From the NCBI GenBank assembly GCA_964504135.1, contig CAZDCW010000001.1, positions 90,667-146,829 of the forward strand: a stretch of DNA of 56,163 bases. The letters run 5' to 3'. This document shows, one piece after another, positions 39,360 to 49,145 of the stretch. Both the position numbers and the translations under genes were made by a program. This DNA comes from an uncultured Methanosarcinales archaeon. Lineage in GTDB: Archaea; Nanobdellota; Nanobdellia; Woesearchaeales; UBA10216. A model generated the notes under the pieces. The model was not told the origin of the DNA, did not search any database, and worked only from the letters and a program-made list of their open reading frames with translations. Numbering within the stretch: position 1 is the first letter of the stretch; each line of letters begins with the position of its first letter.

Positions 39360-40877
39360 TTACTCGTACTCTATCGTGGCAGGCGGCTTCTGGGTGATGT
39401 CATAAAGAACCCTGTTTATTCCTTTGACGTTCCTGACTATCCTGCTTGCCGTTTTTTCAAGCAGCCAGTCTGGCAGCCTTGCCCAGTCTGCTGTCATGGC
39501 GTCCATGCTGGTTACTGCCCTTAGCACTATAATGTGGCCGTAAGTCCTTTCATCGCCCATTACTCCAACCGCCTTGGCTGGCAGCAGGGCTGCGAATGCC
39601 TGCCATGTCTTCTCATAGTATTTTGATTTCTTCAGCTCGTCTATGAATATGTGGTCTGCATCTTTTAGCAGCTCCAGCTTCTCCTTGGTCACTTCCCCTA
39701 TTATACGAACTGCAAGCCCTGGTCCTGGGAATGGGTGCCTGTACAGCAGTTCATTTTCAAGGCCAAGCTCAAGCCCCAGTTCCCTTACCTCGTCCTTGTA
39801 CAGGTCTTTGAGGGGCTCAACAAGCTTGAGTTTCATCCTCTTTGGAAGCCCTCCGACATTGTGGTGTGTTTTTATCACTGCCGCGGCCTTTGATGGCTGG
39901 GCGCTTTCTATCCTGTCTGGGTAGATTGTGCCCTGGCCGAGAAATTCTATTCCGCTGCCAATCTCTTTTACCTTGCCTTCAAATACATTGATGAATGCCT
40001 TTCCTATTATCCTGCGCTTTTCCTCTGGCTCAGTGATTCCCTTAAGTCGCTTGAGGAACAGCTCGCTTGCATCCACTGCATGGAAGTTCCTGAAGCCAAG
40101 CTTCACAAAGGTTGTTTTTACCTGTTCTGGCTCGTCTTTTCTCATCAGCCCGTTGTCCACGAATACCAGATGCAGGTTGTCTGTTGCCTGTTGGAGTATC
40201 CTTGCCGCAACCAGGCTGTCTACCCCTCCGCTTACTGCCATTATCACCCCTTTCTTGTGGACAGCCGCTCTTGCATCCTCAACTAGCCTTGCGCTCATTC
40301 CCTTCACTGTATAGGTTCTCCTGCATTTGCATATGTCCAGGAAGTTGCTGAGTATTTTTGCTCCATTCAAAGTGTGCTGGACTTCTGGATGGAACTGCAG
40401 CCCGTATATTCTTCTCTTTGGCTCTGCGTACGCCGCTATCCTGCAGTCAGGAGTGCTTCCAGTCACCTCAAACTCTTTGGGAAGCTCTACCACAGATGTG
40501 CCGTGGCTCATCCATACCTGCTCCTTCTTTCCAAGCCCCTTGAGCAGGTGGAGGGGCTTGGCAGCAAGGGTTTCCTTGCCGTATTCTTTTGAGCTGCTGA
40601 TTACCCTGCCTCCGTAAAGGTGGGCTATCAGCTGGTGGCCGTAGCATACTCCCAGGACAGGCACTCCCATTTCAAATATCTCCCTGCTTGCTGTTGGGGC
40701 GTTTTTTTCAAACACGCTTCTTGGCCCGCCGGAAAGTATTATCCCTTCAGGGTTCTTTGCATGTATCTCTGCCAGCGGGGCTGTCCATGGCAGTATTTCA
40801 GAATACACCTTGAGCTGCCTTATCCTCCTTGTTATCAGGTGGGTGTACTGGCTTCCCATGTCGATTATCAGTATCAT
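39360..40877 (-). CDS. guaA: GMP synthase (glutamine-hydrolysing), fused GATase plus ATP-pyrophosphatase
   Basis: GVCYGHQL (GATase Cys), HPEV, PP-loop AVSGGVDS, C-terminal PPATIEYE. The start at MILIIDMGSQ gives an ATGA overlap with the GNAT stop. Confidence 0.95.
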   Translation of the reverse strand: MILIIDMGSQYTHLITRRIRQLKVYSEILPWTAPLAEIHAKNPEGIILSGGPRSVFEKNAPTASREIFEMGVPVLGVCYGHQLIAHLYGGRVISSSKEYGKETLAAKPLHLLKGLGKKEQVWMSHGTSVVELPKEFEVTGSTPDCRIAAYAEPKRRIYGLQFHPEVQHTLNGAKILSNFLDICKCRRTYTVKGMSARLVEDARAAVHKKGVIMAVSGGVDSLVAARILQQATDNLHLVFVDNGLMRKDEPEQVKTTFVKLGFRNFHAVDASELFLKRLKGITEPEEKRRIIGKAFINVFEGKVKEIGSGIEFLGQGTIYPDRIESAQPSKAAAVIKTHHNVGGLPKRMKLKLVEPLKDLYKDEVRELGLELGLENELLYRHPFPGPGLAVRIIGEVTKEKLELLKDADHIFIDELKKSKYYEKTWQAFAALLPAKAVGVMGDERTYGHIIVLRAVTSMDAMTADWARLPDWLLEKTASRIVRNVKGINRVLYDITQKPPATIEYE

Positions 40878-41368
40878 CTTTCCAGCCTTTTCCTGAAGAG
40901 ATGGCATTCAAATTTGCCATTCCAGATGATTTCACCTTCTTTCCTGTAACCATGTTTTTGCCAAAATGTGAATACGCCGTTTTTTTCAAAAGGGTGTTCT
41001 TTGGTTAATGGAACAAGGCATTCTTCACAGCCTAGTTTCCTGATTTTTTCCTCTACTCTGTCCAGTAGTTTTGAATCGCTTAAAACATCCTTGTAGTTTG
41101 TTTTAGTTGTGAAAGCGCAAATCCAGCCGCTTGGTTTCCTGTTGGTAAGCTGAGGTTCTGAAAAATTTTTTGGAGCCCCTGTTTTATCCAGTTTTTCAAA
41201 AATGGCAAATCCGGTTATTGCTCCGGCTTCTTCAACTACAACCAGTCCCTGTGGAAATGCTGAAAGTTTCTCATCAAAGAACCTTTGTGTTTCCCCAAAT
41301 TCCCCGTAACTTTGCCTGTCAAGCGCAATCATTGCAGCTATGTCGCTGTTCTTTGCTTCCCTGATCAT
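40874..41368 (-). CDS. GNAT-family N-acetyltransferase
   Basis: MIREAKNSDIAAMIALDRQSY...VVVEEAGAITGFAIF plus a C-terminal acetyl-CoA-binding-like region. ATGA overlaps on both sides. Confidence 0.7.
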   Translation of the reverse strand: MIREAKNSDIAAMIALDRQSYGEFGETQRFFDEKLSAFPQGLVVVEEAGAITGFAIFEKLDKTGAPKNFSEPQLTNRKPSGWICAFTTKTNYKDVLSDSKLLDRVEEKIRKLGCEECLVPLTKEHPFEKNGVFTFWQKHGYRKEGEIIWNGKFECHLFRKRLER

Positions 41369-42474
41369 GTTGTTATTTTCCCCAATGCACCGCTTTCAGC
41401 AGCAGCCTTTATCTCCATGGCTATCCTTCTTCCAACGCTTATGTCCTGTCCGTACAGGTAATGGCCATAAGGCGTGTATCTTATGCCTGGGCTTCCCGGT
41501 ATCCTCAGGCTGCAGTCAAATATTACGAATTCTTCCTTGCCTTCCTCAGCCACCACTGCTCCTTGCAGTGCAAACGGCCCGATTATTCCCGGCGCATAGT
41601 GCTTCTTGGTTGCGTCAACAAATCTTTCCCCAAGTTCAAATGCCTTCTCAAGCAGCGATTCTTTAAGCGTAACAGCCATGTGCCCGCTTTCTATGTATTT
41701 TGGCGTGAAATTCTTTATTGCAAGCTGCTGTTCAGAGGTGAGCCTTAGTATTCCGTCTATGTTTGTCTGTCTTCTTGCGTCTGTTCCAAGCAGCTCAACT
41801 TCTCCAGTGAGCGCAGAGTAAAAGAAGTTCAGGTTGACCTGCGGCCCGACTGCAAACTCTTCAATTACTGCTTTTTGGAGCGCTTCCTTTGTTATTGTCC
41901 CTTTCTCAACAAGCTCTTTTGCCTTGGCCGCATACTCTTTGAAGCTGCTTACAAAGAAGAACGCCCGTTCATAGCCTCTTGCTGCTTCAGAGGCCTTTAC
42001 AATGGCCAGCCTGTCTATGTCTTCAGGCCTGTTAAACCTTTTTGGAGTCCTTATTCCAGCTTCAGCCAGCAAAAAATACTGGTTGTTTGGCTGGTCTCTT
42101 TCCTCAGCCCGGACAATGTTTCTGGTCCCGAATATTGGCACGTTGAAATTATTTTCAATTTGGCCATAGTCGCAGTAAACCCAGAAGTATCTGCTGTGGA
42201 CAAATAGGGTGTTCATCTCCCGCAGCTTCTGCTGCACTTTTTCCATTGTAATGTCCGCAAACCTGTCAAGGATTATGGTTTCATCCACTATTCCCTTGTA
42301 GTGCTTCGTATAAGTCTTCTCCCTGCCCTTCTGGCAAACAACCAGTGTCCTGAACCCTTCGTCCTTTGCCCCGCGGCATATGTCAAGCGCAGAGTGGCCG
42401 CCCAGTGTTCCGATTGTCAGCTTGCTGCTATCGTAGGCTTCCAGCACCTTCCTTATCTGCTCCAGGCTTGTCAT
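41365..42474 (-). CDS. purP: 5-formaminoimidazole-4-carboxamide ribonucleotide (FAICAR) synthetase, PurP
   Basis: IGTLGGHSALDICRGAKDEGFRTLVVCQKGREKTY and an ATP-grasp body typical of archaeal PurP. Start at MTSLEQIRK (ATGA overlap with the upstream stop). Confidence 0.9.
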   Translation of the reverse strand: MTSLEQIRKVLEAYDSSKLTIGTLGGHSALDICRGAKDEGFRTLVVCQKGREKTYTKHYKGIVDETIILDRFADITMEKVQQKLREMNTLFVHSRYFWVYCDYGQIENNFNVPIFGTRNIVRAEERDQPNNQYFLLAEAGIRTPKRFNRPEDIDRLAIVKASEAARGYERAFFFVSSFKEYAAKAKELVEKGTITKEALQKAVIEEFAVGPQVNLNFFYSALTGEVELLGTDARRQTNIDGILRLTSEQQLAIKNFTPKYIESGHMAVTLKESLLEKAFELGERFVDATKKHYAPGIIGPFALQGAVVAEEGKEEFVIFDCSLRIPGSPGIRYTPYGHYLYGQDISVGRRIAMEIKAAAESGALGKITT

Positions 42475-42896
42475 TTGACGCTTACCACGATTATTCCTGC
42501 CGCCACCAGCCCCATTCCAAGCATGGTCTTCCACAGCGCTCCGCTGTTCTCCTTCAGCAACAATATTCCGAGTATTACTGTTATTATGATGTTCCCGCCG
42601 TATATTATCGCCATCTTGGAGACATCAGCGTTCTTGGATACGCCAAGCCCTATCATGATGAGGCCTATTGAGAATACCGCCCCTGCTGCTATCAGGATTG
42701 CGATGTTTAGCGGCTGTACATTGATGTCCGCCCTGGTAACAGCCGCAGTTATGCCAGCTGCAATGACTATTCCCAGTCCGTAGAGTGCCGCAGCCACAAA
42801 TGGATTGACACCTCCGTTGAATCCCAGCTTGTATACTATTACGTTTGCCCCGAATGCGACCAGCGCTATCAGGCTGTAGGTTATCCACGCTTCCAT
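42471..42896 (-). CDS. EamA-like (DMT superfamily) single-domain membrane protein
   Basis: About 141 aa with about 5 TM segments. GAGGTG SD lies 6 nt upstream of ATG 42896. Confidence 0.6.
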   Translation of the reverse strand: MEAWITYSLIALVAFGANVIVYKLGFNGGVNPFVAAALYGLGIVIAAGITAAVTRADINVQPLNIAILIAAGAVFSIGLIMIGLGVSKNADVSKMAIIYGGNIIITVILGILLLKENSGALWKTMLGMGLVAAGIIVVSVK

Positions 42897-42907
42897 CTTT
42901 GCACCTC

Positions 42908-43570
42908 TTAGCATTTTTCCACCAGTGAAGGCAGCTGGGTTATCCTGCTTATCATGAAGTCCGCGTCTTTAAGCTCTTCCTTGCTTCCGTACCCATAGGT
43001 GGCTCCTGTTGCCTTGCATCCTGCTTTCCGCGCTGCTTCCATGTCTGATTTCCTGTCGCCCACCATTAAGGCATTTTCAGGCCGCACTTTCAGCCGCCGC
43101 AATTCCTCTGATACAACATCTCCCTTGTCACCTTTAACCTCCTGGTATGACATGTAAATGTCAAGCAGCCTGTCAAGCTTATATGTTTCCACAACCGCTT
43201 TTATGTATGGCTTGTTGCCATTTGTGGCCATGCCCATTCTTATGCCTGCCTTCCTGAGCGCAGCCATTGTTTCAATAGCTCCCGGGTACAGTTTCCCTTT
43301 TCCTGCCCTGACTAGTTTGACCGCTTCTTCCACAGCGTACTTCATTGCCAGCGGGTTTGCATCCTCAAAGCTTTCATCAGGGATTATGCCTTTGAAAAAG
43401 ACAGGGTACGGGCTGCCCATTTTCTTCATGAGCGTTTCCTTGGAAGGAAGTTCTGCATTTATTCCCAGCTCGTCATAGGCCCTTTTCAGTCCCAATACAT
43501 CACCCAGGTCGCCTGCCCCGCAGTTGTCGTATACTGTCCCGTCGCAGTCGAATATTACGGCTTTTATCAT
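42908..43570 (-). CDS. HAD-superfamily hydrolase (phosphatase)
   Basis: Motif I MIKAVIFDCDGTVYD, motif II MGMATNG, motif IV MVGDRKSDMEAA. Confidence 0.8.
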   Translation of the reverse strand: MIKAVIFDCDGTVYDNCGAGDLGDVLGLKRAYDELGINAELPSKETLMKKMGSPYPVFFKGIIPDESFEDANPLAMKYAVEEAVKLVRAGKGKLYPGAIETMAALRKAGIRMGMATNGNKPYIKAVVETYKLDRLLDIYMSYQEVKGDKGDVVSEELRRLKVRPENALMVGDRKSDMEAARKAGCKATGATYGYGSKEELKDADFMISRITQLPSLVEKC

Positions 43571-44592
43571 CCCAATACCTTATGCAGTTCCCTCTCTTTT
43601 ATCGCCTGCCTTATCTCCCTGGCTATCCTTCTGCCTGTGCTCATTGGCTCCTTGTATCTTAGTGCGGTGTATGGGCTGCCGTTTATGTATGGGTTTGTCC
43701 CTGCAACTATCCTTGCTGATATTTCAAATACGTAGAATTGCAGTTCAGGCGTTATTACGGTCTCCAGGCTGAATGGCCCTATCAGCCCCCTGCCTTCTAT
43801 TTTTCTGGAGGCCTCAACCACTGCTTCTCCCATTTCAAATACCTGGGGGAGCAGGCTTTCCCTGATTACCATTGGCACGTTGCCTGTTATGTTATAGGAT
43901 GTTTCAAGCCCCATGTCAAGCTGGTCTTTTGCGGCTATCCTTCCGATTGAGTCAACGTTGCTTTCGTATCTCTTGTCAAAGCTCATGACCTCAAGCTCGT
44001 CATCCAGCGGCGAGTAGAAGTAGTGTATGTATATCGGCGCTCCAACGATGTATTCCTGGATGATGTAGGTTTTTCCGTGGTGCTCCTCTATCTTGCGGTG
44101 GAATTCCTCTCCGCTCTTTGCAAGGAAGAATCCCTTGCCGCCTTTTGCGCCGTGGAACTTGACGATGGCTGGCACGTCTATGTCTTCAGGCTTTTTGAAT
44201 ATCCCTGGCAGGGTCAGCCCTGCTTTCCTGAGCCATTCCCTCTGCATTGTCCTGTCTGATTCCCATTTCAGTATGCTCTTGTTCCCGAAGTATGGCACTT
44301 TGAGGTTTTCTATCTGCCCTATGCTCATTATGTTCATGAAGCTTGCGTGCGGGATTAGTATCGCATTCTCCTTTATCAGCTCGTTTTCGGTTTCAGGGAA
44401 GCTGCTCATCCTGTCCAGCTCTATTATGCTGTCCGCAACCTTGAATCTCCTGTATGGCCAGCTTTTCTCCCGCTCGCAGACTGCTATTGTCCTAAATCCT
44501 TCGTCCTTTGCGCCTTTTAGTATCTGGAGCGCCGAGTGGCTTCCTATTGTTGCTATCCTGTGCTCCACAGTTCCTCCTCCCAGTGTTTGCAT
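43567..44592 (-). CDS. purP: PurP paralog (ATP-grasp, FAICAR synthetase family)
   Basis: IATIGSHSALQILKGAKDEGFRTIAVCEREKSWPYRRF is parallel to the first purP. The start could instead be GTG 44568, preceded by GGAGGAGGA. Confidence 0.85.
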   Translation of the reverse strand: MQTLGGGTVEHRIATIGSHSALQILKGAKDEGFRTIAVCEREKSWPYRRFKVADSIIELDRMSSFPETENELIKENAILIPHASFMNIMSIGQIENLKVPYFGNKSILKWESDRTMQREWLRKAGLTLPGIFKKPEDIDVPAIVKFHGAKGGKGFFLAKSGEEFHRKIEEHHGKTYIIQEYIVGAPIYIHYFYSPLDDELEVMSFDKRYESNVDSIGRIAAKDQLDMGLETSYNITGNVPMVIRESLLPQVFEMGEAVVEASRKIEGRGLIGPFSLETVITPELQFYVFEISARIVAGTNPYINGSPYTALRYKEPMSTGRRIAREIRQAIKERELHKVLG

Positions 44593-45944
44593 ACTGCTTC
44601 GGTTTTGCGCGCTGCGATGCCTGTGTAGTTCTCCGGGTTTCTTATTATGCTCAGTTGCTCCTCAGTCATTTTGTCCAGGTATGGCCTGGCTTCATTGTCT
44701 TGCATCAGCAGGTCAGAAAAGGATTTGGCTTCTTTCTGCGCTTTTAGCGTGAGTTTCCTGGCATATTCGTGTGCGTCCGGGTGCCCAAGCGCTGCTAGCA
44801 GGATGTATGCCGGCTCTGCGGCTATGCTCTGCCTGCTCTCCTGAAGGTGGGCTTTCATCTTTTGCCTGTTCACCGCCAGCTTTTTCATTATCCTGTCCAT
44901 CCTGTTGGCAGACAGCGCCAGTGCGGCTATTATCTCGGTTGAGAACCTCGTGCTTGCTGAGTTGGTCAGGTCGCGCTGGTGCTCTGATATCTGGTCCATG
45001 TAGAGGGTGGTCATCCTCGGCATGAAGGCCTTCCACATGGACTTCACATTCTCAAAATTTACCGGGTTGCGCTTGTGCGGCATTGTGCTGCTTCCAACCT
45101 GCTCGCTTCCGAACTCCTCGGCTATCTCAGCTATCTCAGTCCTCTGGAGGTGCCTCATGTCGTCAGCGAGGTTTGCCAGGACTCCAAAGGCGCTTACAGC
45201 TGCGTGCATGTAGTCTGCCGCGTATTCAGGCTCACCAATCTGCGTGGAGTGCGTAGCAGCCGTTAACCCGAGTTTCTCCAGCACTTCCTTCTCAAATTCT
45301 TCAGGCTCCTGGAAGAACAGCATGGAGGCATTATAGTTTCCTACAGCTCCTGACATTTTTCCCCTGAGGTTGGCTGCCGCTTTTTTTAAGGCAAGTATCC
45401 TGTTTCCTAGCCTGCTGACGTATTCGCACATTGCGTATCCGAATGTTATTGGCTCTGCGTGCTGGCCGTGCGTCCTTCCTATTTGCAGGCTTTCCTTTTC
45501 CCTGCGGGCGGTTTCAATCAGCGTCTTCTCAAGCTGCAGCAGCTGGGGAATGAGCAGCTTTTCTGCTGCGTCCTTCATTCTTGCAGCGTCTGCCGTGCAT
45601 GTTATGTCTGATGATGTTGCAGTCAAATGAACGTATGGCTTTGCCTTCTCGGAAACTTTTCTTCTTATGCAGTTCACAAGCGCCCTTATGTCGTGCCTTA
45701 TCCTTGCCTCCTCCTCATAGACTTCCTGGGCGGTTACTTGTTTGCATGCCCCTGAAATTTCAGCATATGTTTCCCTGCTGCAGACCCCTCTTTCGCATAG
45801 CGCCTCGGCGAGCTTTTCCTCCGCAAGCAAAAGGTATCTTATTGCTGCTTTCTCAGACAGGAACTCGTTTATCTGGTCATGCAGTTCCTTGTTCCCTGTG
45901 TAGTACCTGTAGTCCAGCGGGCTTATGCTGTCAAACCTGTCCAT
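44553..45944 (-). CDS. purB: adenylosuccinate lyase
   Basis: Fumarate-lyase signature GSSTMPHKRNPVNFEN. N-terminal SPLDYRY. Confidence 0.95.
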   Translation of the reverse strand: MDRFDSISPLDYRYYTGNKELHDQINEFLSEKAAIRYLLLAEEKLAEALCERGVCSRETYAEISGACKQVTAQEVYEEEARIRHDIRALVNCIRRKVSEKAKPYVHLTATSSDITCTADAARMKDAAEKLLIPQLLQLEKTLIETARREKESLQIGRTHGQHAEPITFGYAMCEYVSRLGNRILALKKAAANLRGKMSGAVGNYNASMLFFQEPEEFEKEVLEKLGLTAATHSTQIGEPEYAADYMHAAVSAFGVLANLADDMRHLQRTEIAEIAEEFGSEQVGSSTMPHKRNPVNFENVKSMWKAFMPRMTTLYMDQISEHQRDLTNSASTRFSTEIIAALALSANRMDRIMKKLAVNRQKMKAHLQESRQSIAAEPAYILLAALGHPDAHEYARKLTLKAQKEAKSFSDLLMQDNEARPYLDKMTEEQLSIIRNPENYTGIAARKTEAVCKHWEEELWSTG

Positions 45945-46912
45945 TATTCCAGCCTCCAGCCGGGTGCTGCCACAGCTATCCTTTTGGCTGCGTCCCCTTC
46001 CACTGGCCTGAACATCTGCCCGGTTATCTTCTCAAACGCCTCTATGTATCTTGTGGCTGCCTCTACCCTTATGTCGTCGGGTATTGCAGGCGGCCTCCCT
46101 TCGCCTGTGTATCCTCTGTCTGCCAGCCATTTCCTTACGTATTCCTTGTCTATTCTGCGCTGTTCTTCCCCCTTGTCAAACAGCGAGTCATAGCTGTCCT
46201 TGTGCCAGAATCTTGAGGAGTCTGGAGTGTGGAGTTCGTCTATCAATGTTATCTCTCCGTCTTCATCCTTTCCAAACTCGTATTTTGTGTCAACGAGTAT
46301 TATGCCGTTTCCTGCGCAGTGCCTGGTTCCGTATTCAAACAGCTTTAGGCTCGTTTCAGCAACTGCATCGAACTCCTCAGCGTCCATAATTCCCCTGCTT
46401 ATTATCTCCTCTCTTGAGATTGATTCATCGTGCATTCCCTTTTCCGCCTTCGTTGTTGGGGTTACGATTGGGTGGTCCAGCTTCTGGTCCTTTTTCAGGC
46501 CTTCGGCCAGCTTGTGGCCGCAGAACTCCCTTGCTCCCTGGCTGTAGTTGTACCACAGCGAGGTTTTTGTTACCCCTGTTATGTACCCTCTTACTACGAA
46601 TTCCACAGCTATCGGAGTGCAGTTGCGCGCAGTCATTACATTTGGGTCAGGTACGGATATCATATGATTTGCGGCGATGCCCTTCGTCTTCTCAAGCCAG
46701 AACGCTGACAGCTGGTTCAGCACCTGCCCTTTGAATGGCAGCGTTGTAAGCACCACGTCAAACGCAGAAAGCCTGTCTGTGCTCACGATTACCCTTTTGC
46801 CGCCTGTCACATAGTTGTCCCTTACCTTGCCTTCATATTTTTTTCCGATTTGAAGCTCTGTTTTTTGCAGGGTGTGCTTCAGCTGCCTTCTCAGGGTTTC
46901 TGCTTCAGTCAT
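45944..46912 (-). CDS. purC: SAICAR synthetase (long form)
   Basis: GKVRDNY, STDRLSAFD, LVDTKYEFG, LIDELHTPDSSRFW. Confidence 0.95.
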   Translation of the reverse strand: MTEAETLRRQLKHTLQKTELQIGKKYEGKVRDNYVTGGKRVIVSTDRLSAFDVVLTTLPFKGQVLNQLSAFWLEKTKGIAANHMISVPDPNVMTARNCTPIAVEFVVRGYITGVTKTSLWYNYSQGAREFCGHKLAEGLKKDQKLDHPIVTPTTKAEKGMHDESISREEIISRGIMDAEEFDAVAETSLKLFEYGTRHCAGNGIILVDTKYEFGKDEDGEITLIDELHTPDSSRFWHKDSYDSLFDKGEEQRRIDKEYVRKWLADRGYTGEGRPPAIPDDIRVEAATRYIEAFEKITGQMFRPVEGDAAKRIAVAAPGWRLE

Positions 46913-47561
46913 TTAGGCCCCTTATTTTTTCCACTGTTAGTGTGGTCATGTCTTTTTCTATGATGTCAGCCTGCTTCAGGTCTTCTGCGGGGTGCGTTGT
47001 TGCAACTGCTATGCATTTCATCCCTGCTTTCTTTGCTGCCTCTATCCCGTGCCTTGCGTCCTCTATTACTACGCATTCTGCAGGCTTTGCCCCTATTTTC
47101 TTAGCAGCCTTGAGGAAGACTTCAGGCTCTGGCTTGCCTTTGCTCACGTCGTCTGCGCATGCGTATCCGTCAAGGTATTTTCCAAGCCCGGTTTTCTTCA
47201 TGAAGAACTCGACGTTTTCCCTTGGCGCTGATGTGCCCAGCGCGGTTTTGTAGTTTTGCCTCTTGAGGCTTTGGAGCAGCTCCCTTGCCCCTGGCAGCGG
47301 CTCGAGGCTGTTTTCTGCAATTTGCCTGAAATAGGCGTTTTTTTGGAATATCATTGTTGGGATGTCTTCAGGCGCTTGCTTGCCGCTTATGGTGAATTTT
47401 TTTCTCACTATTTCCTGTCCCCTCATTCCGAAATAGTGCTGGAACTCCTCCTTGGTGAATGACAGCCCGAATCTTTCCAGCTCCTTGTTCCACGCCAGCC
47501 TGTGCAGTTCCTGCGACTGGATAAGCACCCCGTCCAGGTCAAATATAACCGCTTTTATCAT
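46905..47561 (-). CDS. HAD-superfamily hydrolase (beta-phosphoglucomutase-like subfamily)
   Basis: MIKAVIFDLDGVLIQS, ALGTSAPR, KGKPEPEVFLKAA, VIEDARHGIEAAKKAGM. Confidence 0.85.
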   Translation of the reverse strand: MIKAVIFDLDGVLIQSQELHRLAWNKELERFGLSFTKEEFQHYFGMRGQEIVRKKFTISGKQAPEDIPTMIFQKNAYFRQIAENSLEPLPGARELLQSLKRQNYKTALGTSAPRENVEFFMKKTGLGKYLDGYACADDVSKGKPEPEVFLKAAKKIGAKPAECVVIEDARHGIEAAKKAGMKCIAVATTHPAEDLKQADIIEKDMTTLTVEKIRGLND

Positions 47562-48328
47562 CCCTTTGCCTCCTCATCTGCCTTCAGCACAGCCTGCGCC
47601 GCCTCCCATCTCTGCTCCTTGACCTCAAGGCTCTTTCCGAGTATCTGCGCCGCAGCTATCGCTGCATTTTCAGCCCTGTTCAGGCCCACCCATACGCCTT
47701 TTTTTATGTAGAGCAGCTTCAGCGCGTCACTTGCCCCTGCTTCCGCAGCAATTGGGCAGTTTATCGTTATGCCCTTTCCGTTCTCAGCGTTTCTGATTTC
47801 TCCCAGGTCAACAAATCTTATGTTTACAGCCTCGTCATGAAGCGCGTATGATAGTTCATACCTGACCTTCATTTTGGCCAGCGTGTCTGCTGCCTTTTCA
47901 GCATGGCCGTTCCTTACCCTTATGTATATCTCCCTTTTCTCATTCTTTGCTATCTCCATGGCCGCCTCAGCGGCTTCCTCAGCCATGCTGACCCCGACAG
48001 TCAGTACAGGCACGCCCGGCGGCATTTGGAGTGTTGAGAGCAGCGCATCCAGGCCGTCAAAATTGTCCGGGCATGGCACTCCGATTACAGGAACACTCAT
48101 CTTTGAGGCTACAGCGCCTGCAAGGTGCGCAGCCAGCCCGGCTCCTGCTATAATCACCGAATACTTATGCGCCTCTTCAGCCAGGAGCTTTCCAAGTTCT
48201 TCAGAAGTCTTGTGCGCTGACAGGATTCTTAGGTCAAATTCAGCCCCCCCTGCCTTCAGCACAGAAACAGCCCGCTCATACACCTGCCTGTTGCTTTTGC
48301 TTGCGAACAGCACAAGTATGCGCCCCAT
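47558..48328 (-). CDS. purE: PurE (AIR carboxylase / N5-CAIR mutase family) with a degenerate second repeat
   Basis: ILVLFASKSNRQ, SAHKT, IIAGAGLAAHLAGAVASKMSVPVIGVPC, LQMPPGVPVLTVG. About 95 extra C-terminal residues resemble a decayed second PurE repeat. Confidence 0.85.
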   Translation of the reverse strand: MGRILVLFASKSNRQVYERAVSVLKAGGAEFDLRILSAHKTSEELGKLLAEEAHKYSVIIAGAGLAAHLAGAVASKMSVPVIGVPCPDNFDGLDALLSTLQMPPGVPVLTVGVSMAEEAAEAAMEIAKNEKREIYIRVRNGHAEKAADTLAKMKVRYELSYALHDEAVNIRFVDLGEIRNAENGKGITINCPIAAEAGASDALKLLYIKKGVWVGLNRAENAAIAAAQILGKSLEVKEQRWEAAQAVLKADEEAKG

Positions 48329-48374
48329 TTTAAAGGGGTTAAGCGGCGTGTTTTTATATTAAGCGGTTTTTGCC

Positions 48375-48755
48375 TTAGTAAGGTTGTTTAACCTTCAGTT
48401 CCTTTACTTTCTGGAAATCCTTCAGATTTCGCGTGTAAAGCGTGCATCCGATTTTCATGGCAGTAGCCGCTATTATTGAATCTGTGACGTTCAATCCGTA
48501 ATTTCTTGAATTTTCCCCTGCCTTCCTTGCTATCCAATTACCAACTTCTATTTTGGCGCCATGTTGCAGCATGTCCATTATTCCTGATTCTATTGCCGGG
48601 TTTATGCAGCTTCTTCCGGCAAGAAGTTCGGTTTCTGTTATTGCCGAAAAATGGACGTTGTAGTATTTGAACAACTCTGAGAGAAACTCAGTTCCAGGCT
48701 TATGGGCCCTTATGGCATCTATGAATATGTCAGTGTCTACAACAACGTTATCCAT
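48375..48755 (-). CDS. vapC: PIN-domain toxin VapC
   Basis: VVVDTDIFIDAI (acidic 1), ITETELLAG (Glu), DSIIAATA (Asp), TRNLKDF. It lies 2 nt downstream of the AbrB-type gene. Confidence 0.85.
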   Translation of the reverse strand: MDNVVVDTDIFIDAIRAHKPGTEFLSELFKYYNVHFSAITETELLAGRSCINPAIESGIMDMLQHGAKIEVGNWIARKAGENSRNYGLNVTDSIIAATAMKIGCTLYTRNLKDFQKVKELKVKQPY

Positions 48756-48757
48756 GC

Positions 48758-49003
48758 TTAAAGCCTTGGCCTTTCCTTTTCAGATCTTTCCCTCATTGCC
48801 CTCACATAGGCAACAGGGTCCTTGATTTCTTTGAACGCTCCTGCGATGTTCATTATAGCTTCCCTTGCGCTGGTCTTCATTATTCTTGCCCCTCTCTCAT
48901 CTGCCACAATGTTAAGTGTATCCCCCATTCTTATGTTGGCGGCCTTCCTTACATCCTTCGGAAGGGTTATCTGGTAGTTTCTTGTTACTTTAGTCGTTGA
49001 CAT
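48758..49003 (-). CDS. vapB: AbrB/SpoVT-type antitoxin VapB
   Basis: KVTRNYQITLPKDVRKAANIRMGDTLNIV is a swapped-hairpin motif. The gene sits upstream of the PIN gene. Confidence 0.8.
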   Translation of the reverse strand: MSTTKVTRNYQITLPKDVRKAANIRMGDTLNIVADERGARIMKTSAREAIMNIAGAFKEIKDPVAYVRAMRERSEKERPRL

Positions 49004-49145
49004 TTTCCACCTATTAATTCATGGTAATTATTACTAGAAATTTATAGTAGTATTTAAGCTTTTGTATATGCGTGTGCCCAATGCCCAAAACAACAAAATT
49101 TATATATGACACTATAATCTTAACTTCTAAGATTTTGATGTTAAA

